Positions 25,373-39,889 are shown, counted from the stretch's first letter. The stretch: 64,000 nucleotides of DNA from Schmidtea polychroa (GCA_044892525.1 CM097885.1:20276001-20340000), one strand, 5' to 3'. Numbers and translations: made by a program. Notes: generated by a model not told the origin, from the sequence alone.

Positions 25373-25624
25373 ACTGTGATAAATGTTAATATATCTTTTT
25401 ATTTTGAAAACGTTTCTTCTACATTGTTGTATTATCTAAAATCTTTTATTGAAAACTCGTTATAGTTTTCACAATTCTTACAATTGTTAAACACTTGTAT
25501 AAATATATTTATTAATATTGATAAAGTTTTTATAAATCATGTTTAACTATTGAAAGAATTTGGTAGAATTTTTTTTTTTTTGAAATGTATGTTGTAGTGA
25601 GCACACCACTACATATATGAGTTG

Positions 25625-26892
25625 AGTGTATATTTAAAGTATAATATTTAGAATTTCTTTGTTAAAGTTTTGTCTTGAATAGTTTTACCAGTAACTTTGT
25701 GAACAATACCCATGTGACTTGTTGAGTGTGAGCAGTACCCTGGTGAGCAGTACCCATAGGGGACAGAATATCTTGTCGGATAAACTCGGAGTATATAATA
25801 ATAACAACTTCCACGGTGCGTTAATATTTTAAAAGAAAATATTGAAAATTAAAAAAAAATAATATATAATCAACGATTTAAACAAAATTATATTATTACG
25901 TATTCGATAATTAAAACAAAAAATTATATAATCAATTATTTAAACAAAATTATATAATCAACGATTTAAACAAAATTAAATTATTGTGTAATCGATAATT
26001 AAAACAAAATTATTAGTTCTAAAAATAAGAGGCATCGTTCTAAAAATATGACGTAATCATTCTAAAAATATGAGGCATCGTTCTAAAAATATTAGGCATC
26101 GTTCTAAAAGTATGACGTAATCATTCTAAAAATATTAGGTATCGTTCTAAAAATATGTGCCATCGATTATGTAATAGTTCTAAAAATATATGGCATTGTT
26201 CTAAAAATATGAGGCATCGATTACGTAGTAGTTCTAAAAATATGTGGCATCGTTCTAAAAATATTAGGCATCGTTCTAAAAATATGATGAGTCATTGTCT
26301 TTGTTCTAAAAATGTGATGAGTCATCGTATGATAGAAATCTATATCTCATTTGAAAGGTCTTGCACAGAGCTTTAAAATAAGCTATCGATCAATATAATC
26401 TGTTGGCGGGAACATTAATTATTGGGATGGAAAAAAAGTGTGAGCCCGCTGGGCCAATTAATAATATTTTGAAAAATAATAATAATTTAACTTTGAAAAG
26501 ATGGTGGTCATCAATTGTTAATAACTATACCAATAATAATGATGATAATAATATTTATAGATCAGTAGATAGATCTTGCACTGGGCTTTAAAATGAGTTA
26601 TCGATCGATGAAGTAGAGTGATGGGAACGATAACTTTTTGGCAAACGAAAACCATGAGCCCGCCAGGCCACTAATAATATTTTGAATAATATGTGGCATC
26701 GTTCTAAAAATATGAGGCATCGATTATGTAATAGTTCTAAAAATATGAGGCATCGATTATATAATAGTTCTAAAAATATGGGGCATCGATTATGTAATAG
26801 TTCTAAAAATATGTGGCATCGTTCTAAAATTTTTTTTTCCGAGGGGGAGGGGGGGGGGTATATATGGCCGGGCGGGCTCCAATCATACTACT
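25625..26892 (-). repeat. Right terminal inverted repeat of element 1
   Basis: Reverse complement of 11704-13085. Confidence 0.96.
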
Positions 26893-28629
26893 CATTTCCA
26901 GAATATTTCATGCTAAATTTAATCTATTTCTTATTTTTAAATTGTTTTTTATGATTTCTTTTCTAAAATCTTTATTTTTTAAACTAAAATATTTATTTTT
27001 TATAAATTTTATTGGGTCGTTTGGCGGTCATGATGGATTTCGCCATTTTTATGAATTGTTCTGGATTTTTATTCAAAATATCGATATAATTTTCTTTACG
27101 TAAGATTTTATGAAGATTTTCTTTAATTTTCTTTTTTATTAATTTTTACTAATCGCCTTTATTTGAATTTGTTTTTTTGTTGTTTTATGTCTTTCGGTTA
27201 TATTTGAGTAAGTTTTCGTGTAATACTTCTTGCTCGTGTTTTATTTTATTTTTAATTCAGATGTTTTATTTTTGGGTATATTATCTCTTTATTATCATTG
27301 TTTACTTGGTTTTTTTATATATTTTTATTTAAGTAAACTTAATGCTGTGTATGCGTGTTGTGTACTGACACATTTCGTCCCATTCCTAACTTTGGGTTCA
27401 GAAATCAGTTCTAGCCCAACAAATGTAATGATTTCTTTGATAATCCTTTTCTTTGCATGTCATCTCTAGAGTAAGCATTATACCAAGATATCCTAAAGTT
27501 CTGCATAGAGTTAAGGTAGACACAGTAATGGCTTTACAGAAAGTCAGCCCAATACTGAAAGTTGAAAGGGACGTGGTTTTATTCCAATCAAAGGAACACA
27601 GTAAAGAAGCTTATATTGTAGTTTAAAATACTTTCAATGCAAGCAAATTCGAAAGTCTAAAGCATAAAAGAACATTATACAAATGAGGAAAAATGTCGAT
27701 GGCTATTCCGTAATGGCAATTACGTAATTTCCTCAAATATTTATCTATTTTTTCTATTTTCCGTTGTTTATTGTAATTTATTTACATAAAATTTTCAGAA
27801 AGGCAAATTTATTTTTATTTGTTAGAATGTGCACTTTACAATGCATTGTTTTATTTGCTAAGTTGTTGCATTTTGTTCATTTTCATCTCTATATTTTTTG
27901 GTGATACTGAGTATGAAATCAAGTTCAAACGTCTTGAACATTCATATGAATAAAGATAAATTTGATTAAATAAAAGTAAAGTCAGCATTGTTTTTGGCCT
28001 AACACTTTGCATTAATTGATGTTGAAGAATTATTAATTAAGATTTGGTGTTGCACATGGATACATTAGTAGGTAGATAGTGGCCCCCCGCAGCAATGACA
28101 CCCCCCCCCTGCGGCAACTTTTTTTTGCGGCGACTTTTTGATTACGCAATTTTTTCAGACTATAGTGAGGGGGTCTCGATGGTCTTGGGATTTTCAATAC
28201 AAAAATTTTTTTCAATACAAAAACGATGGTCCTGGGATTTTCAATACAAAAAATTTTTTTCAATACAAAAATCCAATACAAAAAAAAAATTAAATTACAG
28301 TAAATTATGAGCTAAGATTTTAAAATTAAGTAATCATTGGTAAAAAATTTAAATAAGTAAATTAAAGTAATAATTTTTAAATAAGTAATGTAATAATAAA
28401 ATTAAAGTAAGATTTTAAAATTTATTAACAAATAATAGAAGGCGTTTGAGAATTGAAATTTTTTAATGAAAATTTTTATGAAATAATTTTTTAAGTAATT
28501 TTTAATAGAAATTTTAATGAAATATTTTTTAAAATAATTTTTAATGGAAATTTTTATGAAATAATTTTTTAAGTTAATTTTTAATGGAAATTTTTATGAA
28601 ATATTTTTCAAAGACAAATTTTAATAATA

Positions 28630-30230
28630 ATTCAACAACAAACCAACAACTTAGTACCAACAACCAGTAACTTACGAACATGTAGTTACAACCAGATACC
28701 TACAACTAGTTACTAACAATCAGTTACCAGATACCAAGTACTTACAACTAGTTACTAACAATCAGTTACCTGCTACCTAGTACTTACAACTAGTTACTAA
28801 CAACCAGATACCTACTACCAAGTACTTACAACTAGTTACTAACAACCAACTACTTACAACTAGTTACTAACAACCAGTTACCTGCTACCAAGTACTTACA
28901 ACAAGATACCAAATACTAAGCCCTGTCAACTAGATACCAAACACTTACAACTAGATACCACGTACTAACTAACTCTCAAACAACTAGTTACTAACAATCA
29001 GTTACCAGATACCAAGTACTTACAACTAGTTACTAACAATCAGTTACCTGCTACCTAGTACTTACAACTAGTTACTAACAACCAGATACCAACTACCAAG
29101 TACTTACAACTAGTTACTAACAACCAACTACTTACAACTAGTTACTAACAACCAGTTACCTGCTACCAAGTACTTACAACAAGATACCAAATACTAAGCC
29201 CTGTCAACTAGATACCAAACACTTACAACTAGATACCACGTACTAACTAACTCTCAAACAACTAGTTACTAACAATCAGTTACCTGCTACCAAGTACTTA
29301 CAACTAGTTACTAACAACCAGATACCAAGTACTTACAACTAGTTACTAACAACCAGTTACCTGTTACCAAGTACTTACAACCGACAACAACCAAGTACTA
29401 AGCCCTGTCAACTAGATACCAAACACTTACAACTAGATATCACGTACTAACTAACTCTCAAACAACTAGTTACTAACAATCAGTTACCTGCTACCAAGTA
29501 CTAACAACCAAAAACAATCAACCAACTAGCTACCACCTACCAAGCACTCACAACCGTCAACAACCAGTTACTAAGCATTATTAACCAACTACTAAGTACC
29601 TACAACCAAAAACAACCAGCTATCAACTAGATACCAAGTACTTACAACCAACATCAACCAGGTACTAAGCATCATCAACTAACTACTAAGTACCTACAAC
29701 CTACAACTAGATACTAACAACCAGTTACCTGATACCAAATACTTACAACTAGATACCAAGTACTATCAACCAAAAACAACCAACCAACTAGGTACTAGAT
29801 ACCAAGTACTAACAACATACAACAACTAGGTACTAAGCATTATCAACCAAGTACCTAAAACCACCTAACAAGTACATACAACCAACATCAACCAGGTACT
29901 AAGCATTAATTACCAACTACTAAGTACCTACCATATACATACAACCAACATCAACCAGATACCTACAACTAGATACTAACAACCAGTTACCAAGTACCTA
30001 CAACCACCTACCCATTAACTAGCTACAACCAGCTAACAACTAGCTACCACCTACCAACTACTCACAACCGTTAACAACCAGGTACTAAACATTATCAACC
30101 AAGTACCTACAACTAGTTATCAGATACCAACTACTTACAACCAACAACTAAGTACTAACAACCAGCTAACAACTAGATACCTAGTACTAAGCACTGTCAA
30201 CTAGATACCAAGCACTGACAACCAGATGAC
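28630..30230. repeat. A/C-rich degenerate satellite (ACTTACAACTAGTTACTAACAACCAG variants)
   Basis: Strongly G-poor short-unit repeat with longer duplicated blocks. Confidence 0.9.
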
Positions 30231-30765
30231 CACATGAAATTATTGGTTAAATAAGTAAATTAATATTTAATTTTTAAATTAACTAATCAATGGTCTAAAA
30301 TATTAATGTCAATTTAAGATGAAAGTTTTCTGGGATTTTCAATGTTAATTTTAGATGCAAATCTTCGTCAATTAATCAATGACCACATGAAATTATTAGT
30401 TAAATATGAAAATAAGGGTTATAACTAGTTGTTTAGTAAATTATGGTGTAAAATTAAGAAATAAAGAATAATTAGGTAAATTAAAGTTAAAAATTTTAAA
30501 TAAGTAAATTAAGGTTCAAAATTTAAAATTAAGTATCCAATGGTCAAAATTTTAAATTAAAGCTAAATAAGTAAATTAAAGTAAGATTTTTAAATTTATT
30601 ATCAAAAGATTGAATAACCACCAACTTTTTTGAGAAATGTAATTTTTAATGAAAATTTTTAATGAAATATTTTTTTAAGTTAATTTTAAATGTAAAATTT
30701 TTTAAGATAATTTTAAATACAAATTTCAATGAAATATTTTTCAAAGTCAAATGAAAATTTAAATG

Positions 30766-30819
<54 letters not shown>

Positions 30820-32199
30820 TAATAATAATTCAATAGTTCCCAACAATCGATTACTAAATATTTTTAACTAGGTGCTAACAAATAAGTACCAAATACTTAC
30901 AACTAGATACCATGTACTAACTAACTCTCAAACAACCAGATACTTACAACTAACTACTTACAATCAACTAAATATTCTTTATTGTATTTTATGAAATGCT
31001 TTTTTAAATTATTTTTTTTATACAGCTTCTATAATAATTTTAATTACAATCAGTAGAAAAACCTTTTCAAATTTAACAAAAATGTTGATTTTCATCAAAA
31101 AACCACAACTCAATCACTTTAAAACACCAAGTGAAATTCAAAATAATTTAAATTACAATGAAAGACTAATGAATTCTAATTTACAAAACATTCTTCTTTT
31201 AATTGATAACTACTGACTTATTATTGCAATGTAAAAAACGCATTCAATAAATACTTATTGTTGATCAGTTTTATTATATATACTCTGAGTTTATCCGACA
31301 GGATGTTTTGACCCCCTAAGGGTACTGGTCGTAAGGGTACTGGTCGTAAAGGTATTAGTTGTAGGGGTACTGGTCGTAAGGATATTGCTAACTCTCAACC
31401 CCCACTTACCCATTAACCACCTAACAAGTACTAACAACCAGCTAGCAACTAAATACTAAACACTAACAACCACCATCAACCAGGTACTAAGCATTATCAA
31501 CCTACAACTATATAACAACAATCAGTAAACAACATTGTACCAACAACCAAATACAAGATACCAACAACTTAGTACCAACAATCAACTAACAACACATAAA
31601 AATAATAGCAATTAAATACAAAATATTCTTCATCACATACACTATCTTCTTATCAAAATCTAAAAATGTCAACCAACTACTTACAACCAGCAACTATGTA
31701 CTAACAAATTGATCTTTAAAAGCGAATACTCATCACTTGGCAAATTGGATGAAAAATTAATTGTTAATAACTTGATAAAAATTGATTAAATAATTGTAAA
31801 AATTTAAATTATTCAAAATAAATATCATAAAAATGTAATTAATGGACAAGAAAGAATTCTAGTCATCAAGTAAATAAAAGAAAAATACTGATCATTCAAG
31901 TTGAATCAACTAAGAGAATAAATTAATAAAAAGTTTGAAATAAGATCTAATAAATAATTGATTTAGATTGAATAAATTTTAATTATTTTTTTAAAGTAAT
32001 ACATGTACTCAAATTGATTGACTGATTGCTCAATATATTCAAAAAAAACAGTATAAATTCATTACAATTATCAAAGTCATCAATCTACAATAAAATTAAT
32101 TATCATTAAATTCCAAAAGAGACTGATAACTAATGATAACATCTAACAAACCAGTAAATTCATTTAAATGACAATAATTGGTATATCCAAGTGAATTCT

Positions 32200-32720
32200 C
32201 TAATAAAATCATCTAAAAAGCATCAAATTTCCCTGAAATATCTCTATCTTTTAAGATTAGTATCTTATGGATAAGTACTTGTTAAAGATCATATATTCAC
32301 CTCAAACTAATAAGATTCCTTAAAATCCCTTAAATGACTATATTTCAACCCTTAATTCATATTATTACAAATATCATCTAAAAAGCATCAAATTTCATTG
32401 AAATAACTATATCTTTTAAGATTGATATTTTAATGATAAGTACTTGTTAAAGATCATATATTCCCCTCAGACTAATAAGATTGCTTAAACTCCTTTTAAA
32501 TGACTATATTTCAACCCTTAATTCATATTATTACAAATATTTCACTAAAATCATCTAAAAAGTATCAAATTTTCCTGAAATAATTCTATCTTTAAAGATT
32601 AGTATTTTAATGATAAGTATCCCGTAAAAGGTTATATATTCCCCTCAGACTAATAAGATTGCTTAAAATCCCCTTTAAATGACTATAATTCTAACTTTAA
32701 TTCCTATTATCACGAATATT
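32200..32720. repeat. Three diverged ~165-180-bp tandem units inside element 2
   Basis: ATCATCTAAAAAG.ATCAAATTT recurs at ~32208, ~32373 and ~32550. Confidence 0.85.
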
Positions 32721-35527
32721 ATAAAACAGGTAAAATAAATTGGTCATTAACCCTAAATAATTTATAAAATATAATGATAAAAGCAGTTATAATTAAATTT
32801 TTATTCTAAAAATAAATCACTCTATTTGAAATTTACAATAATTAATACTGTATAATATAACTGACTAGGTCCCATTGAAAGATTAAATTTATCCATTCAA
32901 TAAAATATATTTCTTCAAATGATCATTTTTACCGATATTCAACCGATTTAATTACTAATTAAAATCACCCGATAGATTTCTTTCAATAAAGATCAATTTT
33001 ATTTAGTTGTTGTCGATGTTTTAAGTCCATATTTTTCAACTTTTGTCATTCTCCGTCTAAATAAAGATAAAAATAAATTAAAGTTGATATCAATCCCAAT
33101 TATCTGTAAAGTTTTCATTGGAAAAACCAAGTAAATCGATCATTATCTCTACTTAATAAACCATAAATCTAAATTAACATACAATGGATTAATCACAACC
33201 TAATAAAACGATATAATTATTATTGATTCATAACTGACTAATTGCAATTTCCCTTAAAACATTGATATTTGACCAACATTACCCATGTAAATATTCAAAA
33301 GATTCCCATCGAAACCCTTCCCTCATTAAAAGCAACCGACTATATCTTTCTTAAAATGAAATATTCCCATATTAACCGATTATATCCCATCTTAACCGAT
33401 CTCTCATTAAATCTAACCGACAATATCCCATCTTAACCGATCTCTCAGCAAATATTTCTACACTATTAAACATCTATCTGATTATATCCCTTATTTTCCC
33501 TAAAGATTTCACCCACTTGAGCTCTTTAATATATATCAATCCTCTTAAAATCCTCAGAGAACTTCAAAAATATGACTTTTAATTAATTTTTATAGAACCA
33601 GACAAATAATAAGAGCCCACTAACCAATCAAAATCATGGAAGGGCAGGGAAAAATATATTACGTTGCGATATTTTAAAATTAAAATTTATTTTAAAAACA
33701 CATTTTGACGCTAAAGTCGACTTATGTAACAAAGATATAATAAACTCATTATTTTCTACAAATATTTACCATCAAATACTGGAGATGATATATATTGTTT
33801 GATCATAATTCTTCAGCTATTCAACCAATCATTTTCAAGCAATAACAGCAAACTAAATTTCTGTATATCCTACAATAATTATCAAGTAAATTTAAAGTCC
33901 CTGATAAAGTTAACTGGTTTCTTAGCTTATGTTTTTTAAAGTTCATCAATGTGTCAATATTCTTAGAAAATTATTGAAAAAATTATTTATTCAAATATAT
34001 TACAAAGTCATCAAAAATTTATTCTATCACTTAATTATTAACCTAATTGTCAATGAAATTAATTTTTATTTAAAAACTATTCAATAAAATACAACTAATT
34101 ATCAAGAAATTAATTAAATTTATCAATTAAATTTATCAGTCAACATGAAATTCTTAGAAAATTATTCAATATCCTCATCAAAATTTATCCTATCACTTGA
34201 TTATTGTAAAAACTCTAATTATTAACCTCATTGAAAATAATTTTTATTTAAAATTTAAAAACAAGTCAATAAAAATACATCCAATTATCAAGAAATTAAT
34301 TAAATTTATTTTAGAAATAGCATTAAATTTTTAAATATTCTTTCAATCAACATGAAATTCACAAGAATGATAAAAATCCACAAAAATCGATAAAAATTCA
34401 CAAAAAAGATAGATATCCACAAAAATTACAGATATTCACAAAATATAACGGAAATTCATGAAAATAATAGAAATTCACGAAAATGTTAGAAATTCATAAA
34501 AATGATAGAAATATACTTGAATATTTACTAAAACCATCAACTCTAAAAATTATCAATGAATGCCTTATACAAATTTGCCTAAATAATCATTCAAATAAAA
34601 GCATTAAATACCTTTACGACTAATACCCTTGCGACATGTTGAATGTGAGTAGTACCCTTGTGAGCAATACCCATAGGGGGACAGAATATTTTGTCGGATA
34701 AACTCAGAGTATATATTAATTAACTCATTTAAATTTATCATTGAATCAGTCAAATTATCATAAATTTCGATAAAAATTCTAAAGTGGTAAGCAATGAAAA
34801 GAGAAATATTCTTTAAACTTTGATAAAATTAAAAATGAAGGTGGTAAAAATCTTCATTAAAGTGAGGAAATTATTCATTACTCGATGATAAATTCAAATG
34901 GGTGAAAATAATTGGTAGAATAATTCATTAATGGATCATTGAATGGGCATAGATAAGAAGAAGGTTTATAAGAATGGAAATATATTAATTGAATTTATTT
35001 AAAATTATTTCATAAAATTCATAAATTTAATAAAAAAAAGAAATATTTGTGGGGAATAATTAATCAAAATCGGTGGAATATAATTGATTAAATATCGAGG
35101 GTGGGGGTTATAAGTGAATAATTAATGGAAAATCGGGAGGATATATAATTTGAGCTAGTTTATTACATAACAAGCCGTGACTATTTTATTACATAACAAG
35201 CCGTGACTATTTTATTACATAACAAGCTGTGAATGGTATTTTATTGAGAATTATTGATTAGGTCTTTTTTAAAATTTTTGAATAAGTACTTTAATACCTT
35301 AATAATTTAAATGTTTTGATTTACACTAAATAATTTCTAAATCTATTACCCTTTTCAATCAAAATAAGATCAATTATATACCTTTTTATAAAATTCAGTT
35401 AAAATTAAATACTTTCCACTAAATTTAAAATATATAAATTTTATAAGTTTTTCAAATTTTCAAATAATGTAAATAAGAAATTAATTTTCTTTTCACCAGT
35501 TATATACTTTTAAACTTATTGACGGAA

Positions 35528-36386
35528 TTATGTAATAGAAATATTCTCTAACCAATAGTTAACAATACTTCCATCGACCCACCCTTTTTCGTTTGCAGTA
35601 ACATTTACTCCTTTAGGAAAGACATCTTTAGGTATTGTTTTGCGCTTGAAAATCACTAAAGGTTTGCATTTTCCCCCGTTAGCTGTAACACAAGACAACA
35701 GTGAAATTACACTTTTCACTGCCAGTTGTAGTAATTCTAACATCTGTGGATCCCTTTGTGTCAACCGTATATCCACTGGGCATATCGAAACTGATGGAAA
35801 TTTCGTGAATATTACCGATCTGTTCGTGATTGACTCCATTGGTCGCATTTTTGACAAACTCGCCAAAAACAGCCATTTTTTCTACCTAATCGACTGGCAA
35901 CTTTTGTCCTATAGATGTAGTAGCTCTTACAGTTAAATTATGTCGTTTCATGAACAGAAAACACCAACACTTGCTGCCATTAAAGTTGTTGATTTTTAAG
36001 TGTTTCGCCAATTTCTTCGCTTTCAAACGAATTCCAGTGGTCGTTACTCGTCTATTCTCATTGTGTATAGAGAGAATCCACGCTTTCAAATGCAGCTCTA
36101 ATTCCGGCCAGAACTCTTTTCGAGAACGACGGCAACGCTTCTTCGGAGGCATCGCTTTAATAACAGGCTTTTGTTTTTTCCACCTCCGGATATTTGACTC
36201 ATCTGTTCCAAACTCCTTAGCTGCTGCCGCATTGCCATACTCTTCTGAATATTTCACCGCTTCTAGTTTACGGTGATTGGGATAAGATTTTCGAGTCTTC
36301 TTTGCATTTCCAAAAATATTTTGCATTTTACCAGGGATTAAAGAAATTTTTATGATAAGATGGTATATATTTATTGCTGCACACAC
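35528..36386 (-). pseudogene. pogo transposase: Brinker-type DNA-binding domain, CENP-B HTH and partial DDE_1
   Basis: RKSY...KLEAVKYSEEYGN.AAAKEF..DESNIRRW, WPELE..L..WI, FMKRHNL..R, IGNIHE..ISFDMP, TTGSEK..FTVVL, ANGGK..PLVIFKRK; stop, frameshift, and first catalytic Asp replaced by His. Confidence 0.92.
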
Positions 36387-37170
36387 GTGTCAAATGGCAA
36401 TTAAAACAAAAAGATTTTAAACCCGAAAATCGTATATGCCGAGGTTATAGAAACGAAAGTGAGTTTACCCGCATATTTTTTTATAGCTCAATATTATTTT
36501 TATCCAATATTTTATTAAAAATCCAATAAATTACTAAAGTATCCAATAAAAATGGCCTTTCAAATAAAAAAAACTTAGAAATATATTTTAAAACAAATAA
36601 AATCTTAATATAAAAATAAAAAATCTTTGCATTTTAAAATACCTAATATTTTTGACTTGTGGATCAATAAAAAACACTTACGCATGAAAACAACCAAAAC
36701 TACGAAAATTTAACATTAAATATTAAAAAATAAAAAATAAAATAAAAAAAGAAAGGCAACTTTATTCTTTCAAATTGCTGACGTTTTTCCTTATTTTTTC
36801 AGGCCTTCCTCTTTTTTTCTTCAAGCTCAAAATGTTAATTTCAATTAAATTCAAAAATTTCATTTCTTTTAAATATGCAAAACTATGCACGCATCTTATT
36901 TTTTTAATAAATCTTTGGATGGATAAACCAGTCTGCTACCATATGAGGGCCATTTCCTATTATGCGGTTTTGTAGACTATCTTGCTGTAAAAGATCAACG
37001 GGATGCCATTACGCACGTTGAGGTCCAATAAATATGCGCGAAATTACTTAAAAACTTTACGGCTTATCCATGAGTCCGGCTTATCTAAGATAAAAAAAAA
37101 TTTTTTTAATATATGTGATTTAGAGAAACCGGTTTATGCACGAGTCCGGCTTATAGACAAGAACTTAGGG
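35528..37170 (-). mobile_element. Truncated pogo-family (POGK-like) DNA transposon nested in element 2
   Basis: One pogo-like TIR (minus strand TA|CCCTAAGTTCTTGTCTATAAGCCG at 37170) upstream of a transposase remnant; second TIR not found. Confidence 0.75.
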
Positions 37171-37224
37171 TACTTTAATTTACTTATTTAAATTTTTTAC
37201 CATTGATTACTTAATTTTAAAATT

Positions 37225-37740
37225 TGGACCATAATTTACTTTAATTTTAAAATCTTAGCCCATAATTTACTGTAATTTAATTTTTTAGGACCATAATTTA
37301 CTGTAATTCAAAATTTTTGACCATAATTAACTGTAATTTAATTTTTAGGACCATAATTTACTGTAATTCAAAGTTTTTGACCATAATTTACTGTAATTTA
37401 ATTTTTTAGGACCATTATTTACTGAAATTTAATATTTTAGGACCATTATTTACTGTAATTGAAAATTTTTGATCATAATTTACTGTAATTCAAAATTTTT
37501 GACCATAATTAACTGTAATTTAATTTTTTCGACCTTAATTTACTGTAATTGAAAAATTTAGACCATAATTTACTGTAATTTAATTTTTTAGAACCATAAT
37601 TTACTTTAATTTAATTTTTAGAACCAAAATTTCCTATAATTCAAAGTTTTGACCATAATTTACTGTAATTTAATTTTTTAGGACCATAATTTACTTTAAT
37701 TTAATTTTATAGGACCATAATTTACTTTAATTGAAAAAAT
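37225..37740. repeat. ~29/30-bp tandem array (GACCATAATTTACTGTAATTTAATTTTTTA) expanding the right TIR of element 2
   Basis: About 17 visible units; only about one on the left TIR. Confidence 0.92.
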
Positions 37741-39889
37741 TTACCACGTTTTTTAGTGTATACCACCTTTTTCTCACGACCATCGAGATCCCCTCGCTAT
37801 AGTCTGAAAAATTCCATGCTTTTATAGTGGTAGTCGGATTTTTGTATTGAAAATCCCAGGACCATCGAGACCCCCTCGCTATAGTCTGATAAATCCTTGG
37901 CTTTTTTAGTGGTAGTCGGATTTTTGTATTGAAAATCCCAGGACCAAGGAGACCCCTTCACTATAGTCTGAAAAATTCCATGCTTTTTAGTGGTAGTCGG
38001 ATTTTTGTATTGAAAAAAATTTTTTGTATTGAAAATCCCAGGACCATCGATTTTGTATTGAAAAAAATTTTTTGTATTGAAAATCCCAGGACCATCGAGA
38101 CCCCCTCACTATAGTCTGAAAAAATTGCGTAATCAAAAAGTTGCCGCAGGGGGGGTGTGGTCATTGCTGCGGGGGGCCACTATCTACCTACTTACATTGT
38201 CATATTGATGAACTAAAACTCGGCAAATTTCGATTTTCCAAGAATATGCATGAAATATTAGCACGAGAATTATCAACGACAAATAATTAAATCTGTTATA
38301 AATAGAAGCAACAAATCTAAAAATAATTCCGAGAAAAAACCCAATTATGTACATATTTCAGTTAAGGACTTAAGCTATTTTAGTTATTTAAATCTTTGAA
38401 TTTTTGACAACTCATTATTTCAATGTTGTATTTGTAATAATTGATATTTCTATGTAAAAATTTGTTGGTTTTTTTCATTTGCTTATATGATTCTAATATT
38501 TTTCAAATACTAATATGGAGGAATCAAGAACGCAAAATTACTGATTAGAAGGTTAAAATGAACTTGCAGTCGTAGTCACAAATCTAAAAAAGCTTGGTGA
38601 TCTGAAATTTAATTTAATTATTTTTATTGTGTGTCACTTTCAACGATAAGGCTTTGCGATGTGTGCTAAGCGGTTTTATTTTCAGATCCGGAATTCGTTG
38701 TCAATACAAAAAGGGGACATCATATTGTTTCAGGAAAGATAAAATTTAGAAATTAATATATTTTTACTAAATTTCTCCTTGTCGATCTAAATTAAATCCA
38801 AAAGTGAAAATATTCATAAGTAATTTTTTTGAAAATAGAGTTATCAAGTATTAGTAATAAAAACTGCAAAATAAAAGAATATGCTGGATAAATAGTTCAA
38901 AGTAGATTTTAAGTATATAAAAAGGATAGAACGCTACAAAAATTTTATTTAATAGACAAGCAGATTGTGTTCATTCAGTCAGCAATGTAAGAAGCCAGTG
39001 AATTTAGTATTTTAAAGATGTGGACATGAAGTGAAAATTATCAAGAATAAAACAGTAAAGAACTATATTAATTTTAACCGAAGTGGAATGGAATATTGTA
39101 CAATTAACCATTTAGATGTGAGCATATTTCGAAAAATTACAACGATGACTTATATGACTATAACGGTCGTCAAGGAACTAAAATAGAAAATTCGAACGCA
39201 ACAGTTTTGCTCATACACTAAGAGGTAACTATAAAATAAAACAAATATTAAATGCATCCTATTCAGGCCAAACAAATAAAGCCATACATCCTTTATAATG
39301 TGACCTTCAATTTTCAAGAGCCTGAACTTTTCAATAAAATTACAAATATTATATTAATTTTTCAAGTAAATCTAACTGAATTACATTTTTCCATAACTTT
39401 CTAATTTAAATATATTTTGATCTCAGATACAGTTTCTTTTCCATATAATATAAGTAGAAATTTACATAGAAATTTAATTCGTAAATTTTAACAATTTTCT
39501 ATTTTTCTGTTAAATGATGAATAATTAATTATATTAAATATATGCAATTATAATCAAAAATAATTAAGTTCTTTAATAATTTAATAAAACTCATTTAATT
39601 TATTAGTTCATACTTTAATTTGTTTGTATATTGAAATTAAGCTAAAATTCTAAAATTAAATTAAATTGTAAAAATCAATTTTTATATGTATATTAACTTT
39701 GCATTATAAAATCAAGTATTTGCATTTTATTTTTATCAATTAAATTTAATATTAATTGATAAATTCAAAACCTTTTTTTATATTCATTTATTTTTACTGA
39801 ATTTAATTGTAAACCAATTTTTTATATGATCTCATAATAAATTATACAAAGTTGATTGACATAGAAATTTTTATTTCAGATTTGACAAG

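Larger units (their letters stand above)
11704..26892 (+). mobile_element. Polinton/Maverick (endogenous adintovirus-like) element 1, 15,189 bp
   Basis: Termini AGTAGT...ACTACT, perfect 6-bp TSD CATTTC (11698-11703, 26893-26898), ~1.3-kb TIRs, and ATPase, integrase, two capsid, protease and pPolB genes. Confidence 0.98.
28067..38192. mobile_element. Polinton/Maverick-type element 2, non-autonomous or heavily decayed, 10,126 bp
   Basis: Termini AGTAGGTAGATAGTGGCCCCCCGCAGCAATGA / TCATTGCTGCGGGGGGCCACTATCTACCTACT, perfect 6-bp TSD TACATT (28061-28066, 38193-38198); TIRs ~28067-28369 and ~37171-38192; no Polinton ORFs seen. Confidence 0.85.

Noticed and set aside
37929..38164. ORFs in the TIRs of element 2 (also 28033-28310)
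   Set aside because: Mirror-image translations of TIR repeats.
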